From NCBI GenBank assembly GCA_016788565.1, contig JAEUSP010000063.1, positions 71,919 to 135,918 on the forward strand: 64,000 bases of DNA. Reading direction: 5' to 3'. The position numbers and the translations under genes were made by a program. The notes beneath the pieces were generated by a model that made no database searches, was not told the origin of the DNA, and worked only from the letters and a program-made list of their open reading frames with translations. The stretch comes from Chlorobiota bacterium. Its GTDB lineage: Bacteria; Bacteroidota; Ignavibacteria; OLB7. Position 1 is the stretch's first letter, and each line of letters opens with the position of its first letter. Positions 27,910 to 37,597 of this stretch are shown in pieces.

Positions 27910-28368
27910 ATGAAAACAAATTCCTCACTTCCGCAAAGTCGCCCGGGCGACTTCCTTCCACGGCTTGGTGCCGGCGTGTTGCTGCTGATTGGCGTGCTGA
28001 TTGCCAGCATGGAGCTTGCCCACTTTATCATCCGCTCCGGCGGTGTCTTTGCGTTGATGTTCAACGGGTTGATCGGTGCCGGGTTTGCGGTCTGCGGGGT
28101 ATTTTGGCTTCGTTACATTGCCGCGCTGGAACAAACCCGCAGACGGCTGTACGTGGAGAAAGAGGTTCTGAGTGCCGCTGCTCACCTGGGCGGATATGCC
28201 ACGCTTGCACAAATCGCGCTTGATTCACCGATAACCATCGGCGAGGCGCAAGGGGCTATCGAGGAACTGTGCCGGCATGGCGTGGCGCACCCCGAACTTA
28301 CCGATGATGGAACCGTGGTCTATCGCTTCCACGGATTGCGTGCCGGGAAAAATCTTCCCGGTGGATGA
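27910..28368 (+). CDS. Small two-TM membrane protein with a C-terminal cytoplasmic (possibly winged-helix-like) domain
   Basis: ATG at 27910 (MKTNSS..). The upstream part of listed ORF 27742 is repeat-derived. Two hydrophobic helices, then ..ATLAQIALDSPITIGEAQGAIEELCRHGVAHPELTDDGTVVYRF. Confidence 0.45.
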   Translation: MKTNSSLPQSRPGDFLPRLGAGVLLLIGVLIASMELAHFIIRSGGVFALMFNGLIGAGFAVCGVFWLRYIAALEQTRRRLYVEKEVLSAAAHLGGYATLAQIALDSPITIGEAQGAIEELCRHGVAHPELTDDGTVVYRFHGLRAGKNLPGG

Positions 28369-28401
28369 TAACCTCACTTCTGTTTCGGTGTTCATTGCAA
28401 C

Positions 28402-31400
28402 ATGGCAAGTCATTTCCCCGCCGATTCTTTCACTCACGGATTCTTGCTTCGGTTCCGAACGTTGCTGTTTGGAATGGGAAGCTGCCTGCTGATGCTACTC
28501 CTGATAAGCCAGTGGGGAATTTCTCAACCGATCTTGACGCTTGGCCCGATTGACACGACTGGATTCCCCAACCTAACGCTCCCGTTCTTCCTGTCCGATA
28601 GTTCAGGAACACCTCTTTCCGGCATCACCGCTTCCGACGTTGCCCTGACCGAAAACGGAGAACCCCGAATCGTGACCGGAATTGACTGTCCACCTATCAC
28701 CGCCCCGCGTGACCTCTCCTCGGTGCTTGCCATTGATGTCTCCGGCTCGATGTTCTACGGTGCGCCCGGTATCCTGATTGCTCGGGCGGCGGCCCAGGCT
28801 TGGGTTGAGCTTCTTCCGCTTGGTGGCTCGGAGTGTGCCGTCACCAGCTTCGATCATGCGGCCTACCTCAATCAAGATTTCACCACCGCACGCTGGAAAC
28901 TTCTGGAGGCAATCGAGCAGTTGCAGCCCCAGGGGGGAACCAGCTACGATAGCGCGTTGCTGGCAACCCCGTTCGGCGCGTTGAACATTGCCACCCGGGG
29001 CCAGCACCGCCGCGTGATTGTTCTGCTGACCGATGGCCAATCGGACATTGATGAAGGGGTGGTGATTGCCCGCGCAAACGCCGTTAGCGCAACCATCTAC
29101 TGCGTGACGATTGGCCTTGACGCGCCCCCGCCGCTGCAACGCATTGCCACGCAGACCGGGGGCTTCTGCATCCAAAATGTCAATAACGAAGCCGAAGCCC
29201 GCCAGGCGTACCGGCTGATACTTGGCCACGCGCGGTTTGGTGGGCTTTGCACAATTCGCTGGCGAAGCGGTTCGGCGTGCAGCCCGCAGCGCGATCTCCA
29301 AATTTCCATCCCCAGGCTGAAGGCCAGCGGGCGCGCTTCCTACCGTGCGCCGGCAATCGCGATTACTCAGGCAACCGCAATCCCCACCGGAATCCTTTTT
29401 CCGCCAACTCCACCCGGCCAATTCCGCGACACCACGATTGAGCTTGTTGCTGGCGATGCTCCAATTACTGTAACCGATATTGCAATTGGGAATTCTCAAT
29501 TCAGCGTGGTTGGTGGTGGCGCGCCGCCAGCGTTCACAATCCCTGCGGGCCAACGCCGAACCCTCACTCTCCGCTATCGCCCCACCGATTCGCTGCAAAC
29601 GTTTGCGACCGTTCGGGTGAGCGGAACGCCGTGCGGGGGAACCACAATTTTCCTGAGTGCCGGCTTCCCCGGACGCAACCCCGCAACCCCGTCGGTTCGT
29701 GTGGTGATGCCGAACGGAGGTGAGAAATTGGTGGTGAACGATTCGGTTGAGTTGCGGTGGGAAGGGGTGCTGCCAACCGACCGGGTTCGGTTGGAGTTTA
29801 GCACCGATGCCGGAGCTGCATGGAGCCAGATTACCGACAGTGGGGTTGGGCTGCGCCACGGCTGGCGCGTTCCCGATATGCCTTCGGAACGTTGCCTGCT
29901 GCGCGCCACGCTGCTTAGCCGCGACACAGTGGTGACGCTGCGCGGACACCAGCGTGCGGTGGTGCGTGCTGTCTTCAGCCCCGACGGCAAGCGCGCAGCA
30001 ACCGCCAGCTTGGATAGCACCGTTCGGGTGTGGGATAGCTACACCGGAGCCGAGTTGCTGAAGCTGGAACATCCCGCTCCTGTCCGTTCGGTGGCAATCA
30101 GCCCCAATGGAGCGTTGATTCTTAGCACCGCCACCGATGGCCAGGGGCGGCTGTGGAATGCCAACACTGGCCAGCTTGTTCGCCAGTTGTTCATTCCAAC
30201 GCGCCCGTTTGGTGATGGAACATATGCCAGCTTCAGCCCCGACGGAGCCGTTGCCGCCACCAGCGGAGTTGGAGCCAAGCCGGACAACGATGCCGAACTC
30301 TGGGACGTTGCCACCGGAACTCTGCTCCGCACCCTGAAGGGGCACACCAACTACATCACTCACATTGCCTTCAGCCCCGACGGCTCCCGAATTGCCACCT
30401 CGGGGGGATACGACCGCACGGTCCGAGTGTGGGATCGTTTCACCGGAAACGAACTGCTTCGCCTCACCGGTTTCACCGCCATTGTTCACACGGTGGAATG
30501 GACTCCCGACGGAACAATGCTCATCACCGCCAGCACCAGCGTGCAGCTGTGGAATGCCGCAACCGGCGCGGCCGTTGCACAATTCCCCGAAGGAGGTTTT
30601 TCCGCCAGCGTCAGCCCCACCGGAACTCAGGTTGCTATCAGCACGTTTGGACCGGTAGGAAATGGGGGATATGTGACGCTGTGGGAGCGGCAATCGGGGG
30701 CGTTGGTTGCCACGTTCGGCGGGGCGGATGTGCTTTCGCTCGGCTCCGATTTTAACGGCAACGGCCACCGAATTATCAGTGCCCAGCAGGACAGCACCGC
30801 CCGCATTTGGAATATCTCCCCCGAACCTGTCCAAAGCGATCAATCCGATAGCCTTTGGAGTATCGTCCGCGCCGCGCCGGAGCTTCGGCTGATTGATTTC
30901 GGGAAAGTGTTTGTTGGAAGCCGCCGCGATTCAGTCTTGACCGCGTGGCTCTGCAACCGCTCGGCAGCAACGATTGTGGTGGATTCCATCACCGTTGTGG
31001 CCGGGGATGTGGCTCAATTCTCGGTGGTGTCGGCGCGGTTGCCGGTGGTGTTGCCGCCGGGGGCTTGCCAACAGATTGAGTTCCGGTTTGCCCCGCAAGC
31101 TGTGGGAATCAGAAATGCCACGGTTCAGCTTCGCGGCAATTTTGGCAGTGCCGCCGCCCAGCTTCGGGGGGAAGGAATTTTGCCGGAGCTGACGCTAAAC
31201 GGAAGCATCGTTGATTTCGGAACAGTGCGTTTGGGAACCAGCCAAGATGCCGCTGCCACGGTGATGCTATCCAACAGCAGCCCCGCGCCGGTTCGGCTGG
31301 TCTCCATCAGCGCAATCGGCCCCGACACTCTGCAATTTTCCCGGCTGGCAGGCTGGCTTCCGATCACTCTTCTTCCTGGGCAATCTCACTCCATTCCTCT

Positions 31401-32208
31401 TCGTTTCAGCCCCACGCGGCTTGGGTTAGCAAATGGCCGGATGAACGTGATGGCTTCCCGCGAATCAGGTGAGCCGCTTGATGCCGTCATCATTCCATTA
31501 GTTGGGGAAGGAGTCTGTGCCGATATTGCCGCGGTTGTCACGGTTGCCGTTCCCGACACGCTGAGGGTGAAGGCGGGTGAGGTGGTGGCGGTCCCGGTGG
31601 TTCTGCGGAACGCCAGCAACGTCGCCGAATCTGGAGTTCGCCGTTTCAGAATGGTGTTGCGCTGCAACGCTTCGGTGTTGCTACCGATTGATTCCGGCGC
31701 GGCAAGCAGCATCGCCGACGGCCAACGAACCATCACGGTTCACGGCATCTGGAACGGAGCAAGCGATACGTTGTTGGTTCTGAATATGGTCGCGGGTCTT
31801 GGAAACGCCGAGTGGTCGCAACTCAGCATTGACTCGCTGCGCTGGGATATCGAGTGTCCCGTTGAAGCAACGTTGCAGCCCGGGGAAGTTCAGCTGTTGG
31901 ATTTGTGCAAAGATCAAAACGTCACCCGCCTGTTCAACCCCGATGCCCGGTTGTTCCTGCGCCCAGGATTCCCCAACCCGGCTGGCGATTATGTGGTGGT
32001 GGAGTTCAGCTTGCTGGAACCCGGTAAAACCATCCTGACGCTCTGGAACAGCAACGCCCAGCAGCTTCAAACCGTGTTCAGCCAGCAGATGCAAGCGGGG
32101 GAGCACTCCCTCGTCATCCCGACAGAAGCCTTGCCGAACGGCATCTACTTCTACAAACTGGAAACCCCAACAGCGCGATTGACACGTAAGTTTGCGGTGC
32201 AACGGTAG
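28402..32208 (+). CDS. Giant secreted VWA-domain / WD40 beta-propeller / choice-of-anchor-D repeat protein with a T9SS C-terminal sorting-domain-like tail
   Basis: The signal peptide is probably from MGSCLLMLLLISQ (28474). A VWA domain with MIDAS (LAIDVSGSM ... VIVLLTDGQSD). At least six WD40 repeats (LRGHQRAVVRAVFSPDGKRAATASLDSTVRVWD, LKGHTNYITHIAFSPDGSRIATSGGYDRTVRVWD ..). Three or more CoA-D-type Ig repeats. The C-terminus ends ..LPNGIYFYKLETPTARLTRKFAVQR. Confidence 0.65.
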   Translation: MASHFPADSFTHGFLLRFRTLLFGMGSCLLMLLLISQWGISQPILTLGPIDTTGFPNLTLPFFLSDSSGTPLSGITASDVALTENGEPRIVTGIDCPPITAPRDLSSVLAIDVSGSMFYGAPGILIARAAAQAWVELLPLGGSECAVTSFDHAAYLNQDFTTARWKLLEAIEQLQPQGGTSYDSALLATPFGALNIATRGQHRRVIVLLTDGQSDIDEGVVIARANAVSATIYCVTIGLDAPPPLQRIATQTGGFCIQNVNNEAEARQAYRLILGHARFGGLCTIRWRSGSACSPQRDLQISIPRLKASGRASYRAPAIAITQATAIPTGILFPPTPPGQFRDTTIELVAGDAPITVTDIAIGNSQFSVVGGGAPPAFTIPAGQRRTLTLRYRPTDSLQTFATVRVSGTPCGGTTIFLSAGFPGRNPATPSVRVVMPNGGEKLVVNDSVELRWEGVLPTDRVRLEFSTDAGAAWSQITDSGVGLRHGWRVPDMPSERCLLRATLLSRDTVVTLRGHQRAVVRAVFSPDGKRAATASLDSTVRVWDSYTGAELLKLEHPAPVRSVAISPNGALILSTATDGQGRLWNANTGQLVRQLFIPTRPFGDGTYASFSPDGAVAATSGVGAKPDNDAELWDVATGTLLRTLKGHTNYITHIAFSPDGSRIATSGGYDRTVRVWDRFTGNELLRLTGFTAIVHTVEWTPDGTMLITASTSVQLWNAATGAAVAQFPEGGFSASVSPTGTQVAISTFGPVGNGGYVTLWERQSGALVATFGGADVLSLGSDFNGNGHRIISAQQDSTARIWNISPEPVQSDQSDSLWSIVRAAPELRLIDFGKVFVGSRRDSVLTAWLCNRSAATIVVDSITVVAGDVAQFSVVSARLPVVLPPGACQQIEFRFAPQAVGIRNATVQLRGNFGSAAAQLRGEGILPELTLNGSIVDFGTVRLGTSQDAAATVMLSNSSPAPVRLVSISAIGPDTLQFSRLAGWLPITLLPGQSHSIPLRFSPTRLGLANGRMNVMASRESGEPLDAVIIPLVGEGVCADIAAVVTVAVPDTLRVKAGEVVAVPVVLRNASNVAESGVRRFRMVLRCNASVLLPIDSGAASSIADGQRTITVHGIWNGASDTLLVLNMVAGLGNAEWSQLSIDSLRWDIECPVEATLQPGEVQLLDLCKDQNVTRLFNPDARLFLRPGFPNPAGDYVVVEFSLLEPGKTILTLWNSNAQQLQTVFSQQMQAGEHSLVIPTEALPNGIYFYKLETPTARLTRKFAVQR

Positions 32209-32262
32209 GCAGCCAAGCCCTGTGTTGCCAAGCGGAGGGGAGCTTTAACCAAGAACCAAGGA

Positions 32263-35200
32263 TTGATACCCACAATGGGCCAACATAAATTTCCAACCGT
32301 CGGAATTATTGCGGTGGCATTGCTACTGCTGGTTGCCAACAGCGGCAGTGCGCAGCAGTTCGGCAAAAATAAATTGCAGTACCGCTCATTTGTCTGGAAA
32401 TACATTCAGACTGACCATTTTGATGTTTACTACTACGACGAAGCGGGGCTGAATTTGGCAAAATTCACGGCGAACGTCATCGAGCACGCACTGGCCGAAA
32501 TTCAGGAGCATTGGCGGTACCGCATCAACGCCCGCGTTTCCATCATCCTCTACAATTCCAAAAACGACTTCCAGCAAACCAACGTCATCGGCGAATATCT
32601 TCCCGAAGGAGTGGGAGGGGTGACGGAGCTGTTCAAAAACCGGGTGGTGGTTCCGTTCGAGGGTGACTGGGAGAAATTTCGTCATGTTATCCACCACGAG
32701 CTTGTTCACGCTGTGTTGAACGATAAATTTTATGGTGGATCCATTCAGCAGCTTATCAGCAACAACGTCCAGTTCATGCTTCCAATTTGGATGAACGAAG
32801 GGCTTGCCGAATTCGAGTCGCAAGGTGGGTATGACATCGAAACGGATATGTTCATCCGTGATGCCGTTATCGGGAATTACCTCCCCGATTTGCAGGAGCT
32901 TGGCGGATATTTTGCGTACCGTGGCGGGCAAGCCTTCTACTGGTATGTGGAAAAAAACTACGGTCGCGAAAAAATTGCTGAACTGCTGAACAACTGCAAG
33001 TCAGCCGGAAATCTTGATGAAGCCTTCCGAACATCGTTTGGGAAAGATGTAGAAGAGTTTAACGAGCAGTGGAAACACGACCTAAAAAAACAATACTGGC
33101 CCGACATTGCCGACCGCAAACGCCCTGTTGATTTTGCCAACAAACTGACTAACCACAAAAAAGAAGGTTCCTTTTTCAACACTTCCCCTTCCATTTCTCC
33201 CGATGGTCGCCGATTCGCATTTATCAGCGACCGCGACGGCTTCCGTTCGGTGTATGTTGCCGACATTGACAAGCCAGAAAAAGCGGAACAAATTTTTGAA
33301 GGTGAGAGCGACGTGAATTTTGAGGAGCTTCATCTTCTTACTCCATCCATTGCCTGGTCTCCCGATAGCCGTCGTATTTCGCTATCAGTAAAATCAATAG
33401 GGAGAGACGCAATTTTTATTTTTGACTTAAAGACTAATGATGAGCAAAAGTTGGAGTTTGATATGGATGCCATCTATTCGGTGGCTTGGTCGCCGGATGG
33501 CGAACGTTTGGCATTCCAGGGGATTAAGGGGGATCAGTCGGATATTTACGTCTATGAGCTGAAATCGCGTGATTTGGTCAATATCACCGACGATATTTAC
33601 AGCGACCACGACCCGCAATGGGAGCGCGATAACCGCACGATCTATTTTGTGAGCGACCGCCGCGATAACCCGGTTGGGGCTGCAAACCGCCGCAACATGC
33701 TGATCTGGAACTACGATTATCATTCCAGTGATATTTACTCCATCGGCATTGATGGTCGCGATTTAACGCGCATCACAAACACACCAACAATTATTGAAAA
33801 ATCCCCAACACCCGGGGTTGGTGGAAACTTGCTCTATATTTCCGACCGCAGCGGTATCAACAACATTTATCTGCGTGATTCCAGCGGAGCCACCCGTGTG
33901 CTCACCAACTCCATTTCTGGCATTGACCAGCTTGCGATTGCCAGTGATGATTCAAAATTGCTTTTTAATGCCTGGAACGACGACGGCTACGACATCTTCC
34001 TTCTGCGGCTTCCATTTACGCTGAAATACGAAACCGATACCCTGCCGCAAACAAAATTCTTGGATGAACGGCAAGTGGCTGCCGGGGCAACCAGCATGAA
34101 GGCCGACACTGTCGCTCCGGAAGTTGCTGTCACCACAGTTACATCGGTTGATGGATATGGCTCGGTACGGATTGACCCTGACGATGCTGTTGCCGCTCTT
34201 CCTCCATCGGGCGGTGGAGCATCGGATATTCCAGCAGCGGTGCGAACAAGTGTGGATAAACGGGTGGATTCTGGTGACTTTGCCAGCAAGGACTACAAGG
34301 TAAAATTCAGCTCCGATTTTGTGCAAGCCGGTGGAACCTACGACCCGTTTTATGGCCCGCAGGGGATGATTCAAATGCTGTTCAGCGACGTGCTTGGCGA
34401 CCACCAGATATTTGCAACAATCAACCTGCAAACGGATCTGAAGAACAGTGATTTTTCGGTGAGTTATTTGTATCTGCCAGATAGAATGGATTATGGAGTT
34501 GGCGTTTTTCAAAATTCTGCTTTTGGATATCTGCCGGGGGTGGATGGCTACTATTACCTTACCCGTTTCCGCCAGCTTGGATTGCAAAGCCAAGCCGCAT
34601 ATCCGTTCGACCGATTTACGCGGTTGGATTTAGGACTTTCGGTCATGCACATCAGCCGCGAAGCAATGGAATCAGGCGGCCCACAGGGCAGCCCACAGCC
34701 GGATGAAGGGAAAATGATGTTTATCCCATCATTTAGCTATGTGTTCGATAATTCTTCCCCATGGTTTTTTTCGCCAAATAAAGGCTCACGCTACAATATC
34801 ACTGCCCAGGGCAGCCCGAAATTAGGGAATGCTGGCATTGGATTCTACTCACTGTTGGGTGATTTCCGTCACTACATTCCGTTCGACCGCGACGGCTTTT
34901 CCAGCTTGGCACTTCGCTTTGCTGGCGGGGCAAGTTTTGGCGCAAACCCGCAGAAATTTTTTCTGGGTGGGCAAGAGGGGTGGTTGAATTATCAGTTCAG
35001 CGACCAAGGGTCGTTTGAAAGCCCGGAAGACTTTTTCTTTTTTACACCAGGCTATCCCATGCGTGGCTTCAATTTTAGCGAAGAGGTGGGGAATAAGTAT
35101 GGCTTAGCAAATGCCGAACTTCGGTTCCCGTTGCTGCAAGCGATTGTTGGTGGGGCGGTTCCGTTGTACTTGCAGGGTAATATCTTCACCGATATTGGCG

Positions 35201-35400
35201 CTGCATGGAACTCCACGCTAAATCTTACCAAGCAAGATGCTGCTGGAAACACCATCACCGATGATCTGTTAATCGGCACTGGGTTTGGGTTTCGCACATA
35301 TTTGTTCGGCCTTCCTGCACGGCTTGATGTAGCGTGGAGCTATAATCTGGAATCGTGGAGCCCCCCAAAATATTATTTTTCGTTGGGGTATGATTTTTAG
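32263..35400 (+). CDS. Fusion protein: signal peptide / gluzincin (HExxH...E) peptidase-like domain / TolB-like PD40 beta-propeller / C-terminal Omp85 (bacterial surface antigen) beta-barrel
   Basis: HHELVHAV ... WMNEGLAEF (HExxH then an NEG-type Glu, M1/gluzincin-like). PD40 repeats (FNTSPSISPDGRRFAFISDRDGFRSVYV, WSPDSRRISLS, WSPDGERLAFQG). C-terminal barrel motifs FFLGGQEGW..RGF..GLANAELRFPL..LDVAWSY, ending ..YFSLGYDF. Confidence 0.6.
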   Translation: MIPTMGQHKFPTVGIIAVALLLLVANSGSAQQFGKNKLQYRSFVWKYIQTDHFDVYYYDEAGLNLAKFTANVIEHALAEIQEHWRYRINARVSIILYNSKNDFQQTNVIGEYLPEGVGGVTELFKNRVVVPFEGDWEKFRHVIHHELVHAVLNDKFYGGSIQQLISNNVQFMLPIWMNEGLAEFESQGGYDIETDMFIRDAVIGNYLPDLQELGGYFAYRGGQAFYWYVEKNYGREKIAELLNNCKSAGNLDEAFRTSFGKDVEEFNEQWKHDLKKQYWPDIADRKRPVDFANKLTNHKKEGSFFNTSPSISPDGRRFAFISDRDGFRSVYVADIDKPEKAEQIFEGESDVNFEELHLLTPSIAWSPDSRRISLSVKSIGRDAIFIFDLKTNDEQKLEFDMDAIYSVAWSPDGERLAFQGIKGDQSDIYVYELKSRDLVNITDDIYSDHDPQWERDNRTIYFVSDRRDNPVGAANRRNMLIWNYDYHSSDIYSIGIDGRDLTRITNTPTIIEKSPTPGVGGNLLYISDRSGINNIYLRDSSGATRVLTNSISGIDQLAIASDDSKLLFNAWNDDGYDIFLLRLPFTLKYETDTLPQTKFLDERQVAAGATSMKADTVAPEVAVTTVTSVDGYGSVRIDPDDAVAALPPSGGGASDIPAAVRTSVDKRVDSGDFASKDYKVKFSSDFVQAGGTYDPFYGPQGMIQMLFSDVLGDHQIFATINLQTDLKNSDFSVSYLYLPDRMDYGVGVFQNSAFGYLPGVDGYYYLTRFRQLGLQSQAAYPFDRFTRLDLGLSVMHISREAMESGGPQGSPQPDEGKMMFIPSFSYVFDNSSPWFFSPNKGSRYNITAQGSPKLGNAGIGFYSLLGDFRHYIPFDRDGFSSLALRFAGGASFGANPQKFFLGGQEGWLNYQFSDQGSFESPEDFFFFTPGYPMRGFNFSEEVGNKYGLANAELRFPLLQAIVGGAVPLYLQGNIFTDIGAAWNSTLNLTKQDAAGNTITDDLLIGTGFGFRTYLFGLPARLDVAWSYNLESWSPPKYYFSLGYDF

Positions 35401-35457
35401 TGTGAGTGAGTTTGTTGCTTGGGGACTATTTATGGTTAGCGTGCGAAAATCTCCCTC

Positions 35458-35506
35458 CGCTCATGCTGAGCCCCGTCGAAGTATGAGCGGAGGCCACCGA
35501 ACCTCT
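35458..35506. repeat. Short hairpin repeat element (ccgctcat-N18-atgagcgg plus ggccaccgaacc), also present inverted at 49829..49878
   Basis: cgctcatgctgagccccgtcgaagtatgagcg is nearly identical to the reverse complement of 49841-49878. Confidence 0.6.
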
Positions 35507-35623
35507 AACACTCGCCCCCCTGCTTCGCTCTGGCGAGCTTCGCATCCCCCCAAGTCTGGGGGGAAGATGTAGAGGGAGATGGAATTTCCCCCTTTGCACA
35601 CCAACTACAAATAGGTGAGCCAA

Positions 35624-36226
35624 TTACTCACCTAAATATCCATGCGCTGCCAAACGCTTTCCTGCGTTCACGTAGCTTGCTTCGTCTTCCGGTGCCCATG
35701 TTCCCAGCCCATCAACATAGCGGTTGAACATGCAGAAGGCGGCTGCAATCAGCACGGTATCGTGCAACTCAACATCGCTTGCTCCGGTTGATTTTGCGCG
35801 GTTAATTATTTCTGCTGTCACAGCTTTCCCGGTTTTTTGGACGGCGGCAGCAACGGCCAATAATGCTTTCATTTTTTCCGAAATATCTGCACTCTCTGCG
35901 TCCTGCTTTACTTGCGCCATCAGGGTTCCATCGTCGTTCAGCAGGCATTGCGCTGCGCCGATGTGGCAGCCGGTACAAAAACGGCAGTTATTCAGGTGGG
36001 AGACGTAGCCAGCAATTAGCTCCCGTTCACCCTGCGGTAATGGCGATTCACCCCGAAGCAGTGTTTCTGCAAGGTGATTTAATGGGGCTGCCGTAACTGG
36101 ACGGAACGCTAATAGCCCGGAAATTCCAGGATATGGATTGTTGAGTTCGATGTGAGCCATACGTGATAGATATTTTGTTGATAAGTAAGGTTCGTCGGCT
36201 GCAATATCATAGTATTTTACCGGCAA
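35624..36226 (-). CDS. AhpD-like / carboxymuconolactone-decarboxylase-family peroxidase-related protein
   Basis: [16 protein letters not shown] carries the CxxC-containing signature of the AhpD/CMD 'peroxidase-related enzyme' subfamily. 200 aa. Confidence 0.65.
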   Translation of the reverse strand: MPVKYYDIAADEPYLSTKYLSRMAHIELNNPYPGISGLLAFRPVTAAPLNHLAETLLRGESPLPQGERELIAGYVSHLNNCRFCTGCHIGAAQCLLNDDGTLMAQVKQDAESADISEKMKALLAVAAAVQKTGKAVTAEIINRAKSTGASDVELHDTVLIAAAFCMFNRYVDGLGTWAPEDEASYVNAGKRLAAHGYLGE

Positions 36227-36285
36227 ACGAAAAGGGAAGGAACGATTTCACCGTAAATCACCAACGCCCAACCCCAAGCTCTAAC

Positions 36286-36340
36286 AACCGATCCCCGACA
36301 ACCGATCCCCGACTCCCGATCCCCGACAACCGACAACCAA
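36286..36340. repeat. 14-nt tandem repeat (caaccgatccccga x3-4) immediately upstream of the aminotransferase start
   Basis: caaccgatccccga caaccgatccccga ctcccgatccccga caaccgacaacc read directly. Confidence 0.7.
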
Positions 36341-36348
36341 TTCCAAAC

Positions 36349-37458
36349 ATGATCGCACAATTCAATCCTCCGCAACGCTTACTTCTTGGCCCCGGCCCCA
36401 GCATGGTTCCGCAGTCGGTGCTTGACGCAATGGGGCTTCCACTGCTTGGCCACCTTGATCCGCTGTTTGTTGGATTGATGGAGGAGGTGAAGGGGATGCT
36501 CCGCACAGTCTTCCAAACAACCAACCCGATGACCTTCCCGGTCAGCGGCACGGGAAGTGCGGGGATGGAGTTCTGTTTTGTGAACCTGATTGAGCCGGGG
36601 GATGAGGTGGTGATTGGCATCAACGGAGTGTTTGGCGGAAGAATGGCCGAGGTTGCCGAGCGGTGCGGGGCAACGGTAATCCGCGTTGAAGCAGAGTGGG
36701 GGCGAATCATTGAGCCAGAACAAATTGCCCAAGCGTTGCGCGGGCGTTCGCCAAAACTGGTTGCGGTTGTCCATGCCGAAACCTCGACCGGGGTGCTAAC
36801 GCCAGTTCAGGAGATTGCCCAGATAGCCCACAATGCCGGAGCACTGATGTTGATTGACACCGTGACCTCGCTGGGGGGCGTGCCAGTCTGCATTGATGAA
36901 TGGGGGATTGACGCGGCTTACAGCGGAACACAAAAATGTTTGAGTTGCCCGCCAGGGCTTGCTCCGGTAACGCTTAGCTCACGGGCGATGGAGGTTGCCA
37001 CAAACCGCCGCACCAAAGTGCAAAGCTGGTACTTGGATGTGAATTTGTTGAACGGATATTGGGGAAGCGATAGGGCCTACCACCACACCGCGCCAATCAG
37101 CATGAACTACGCCCTGCATGAAGCGCTGCGGCTGACGTTGGAAGAAGGGCTGGAATCGCGGTGGTTGCGGCATCAGGAGAACCACCTGCTGTTGGCAGCC
37201 AAGCTGGAGGAAATGGAGATGACCCTAACCGCACAAGCAGGCCACCGGCTTCCGCAGCTCAACTCCGTTGCCGTTCCAGCTGGATATGACGATGCCGAAA
37301 TTCGCCGCCGGCTACTGAACGATTTCAACATTGAAATTGGCGCAGGGCTTGGCCCGCTGAAAGGAAAAACAATGCGGATTGGATTGATGGGGGAGAGTTC
37401 GTCGGCGGAGAATGTGGGAAGGTTGGTGGGGGCATTGAAGGCAATACTTCCTGCCTAA
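36349..37458 (+). CDS. Class-V aminotransferase (alanine-glyoxylate / serine-pyruvate aminotransferase family)
   Basis: N-terminal [19 protein letters not shown] ... GHLDP plus a PLP-lysine region ([15 protein letters not shown]) typical of the AGXT/SgaA family. About 370 aa from the ATG at 36349. Confidence 0.8.
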   Translation: MIAQFNPPQRLLLGPGPSMVPQSVLDAMGLPLLGHLDPLFVGLMEEVKGMLRTVFQTTNPMTFPVSGTGSAGMEFCFVNLIEPGDEVVIGINGVFGGRMAEVAERCGATVIRVEAEWGRIIEPEQIAQALRGRSPKLVAVVHAETSTGVLTPVQEIAQIAHNAGALMLIDTVTSLGGVPVCIDEWGIDAAYSGTQKCLSCPPGLAPVTLSSRAMEVATNRRTKVQSWYLDVNLLNGYWGSDRAYHHTAPISMNYALHEALRLTLEEGLESRWLRHQENHLLLAAKLEEMEMTLTAQAGHRLPQLNSVAVPAGYDDAEIRRRLLNDFNIEIGAGLGPLKGKTMRIGLMGESSSAENVGRLVGALKAILPA

Positions 37459-37597
37459 CTCCTTCCGCCTCTGGAACGCCTTGTTGCCCGAAAAACCTTG
37501 CCCGATTTTTCTCGCTGTCGGAATTTGCTGCGCTTGTAGCATTCAATCATGCCTGCAATGGGCTTTTGCAACGCAGTAACGCGGACATTTTTCTCGT

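Noticed and set aside
28603-30843. Long antisense ORF (746 aa) and similar long ORFs on the opposite strand of real genes (e.g. 829..1626, 6037..6738, 24787..25530, 38171..38908, 55761..56621, 59849..61372, 59964..60659)
   Set aside because: These are typical high-GC antisense artefacts: Arg/Gly/Ala-rich, without motifs, and fully overlapping genes that have strong domain evidence.
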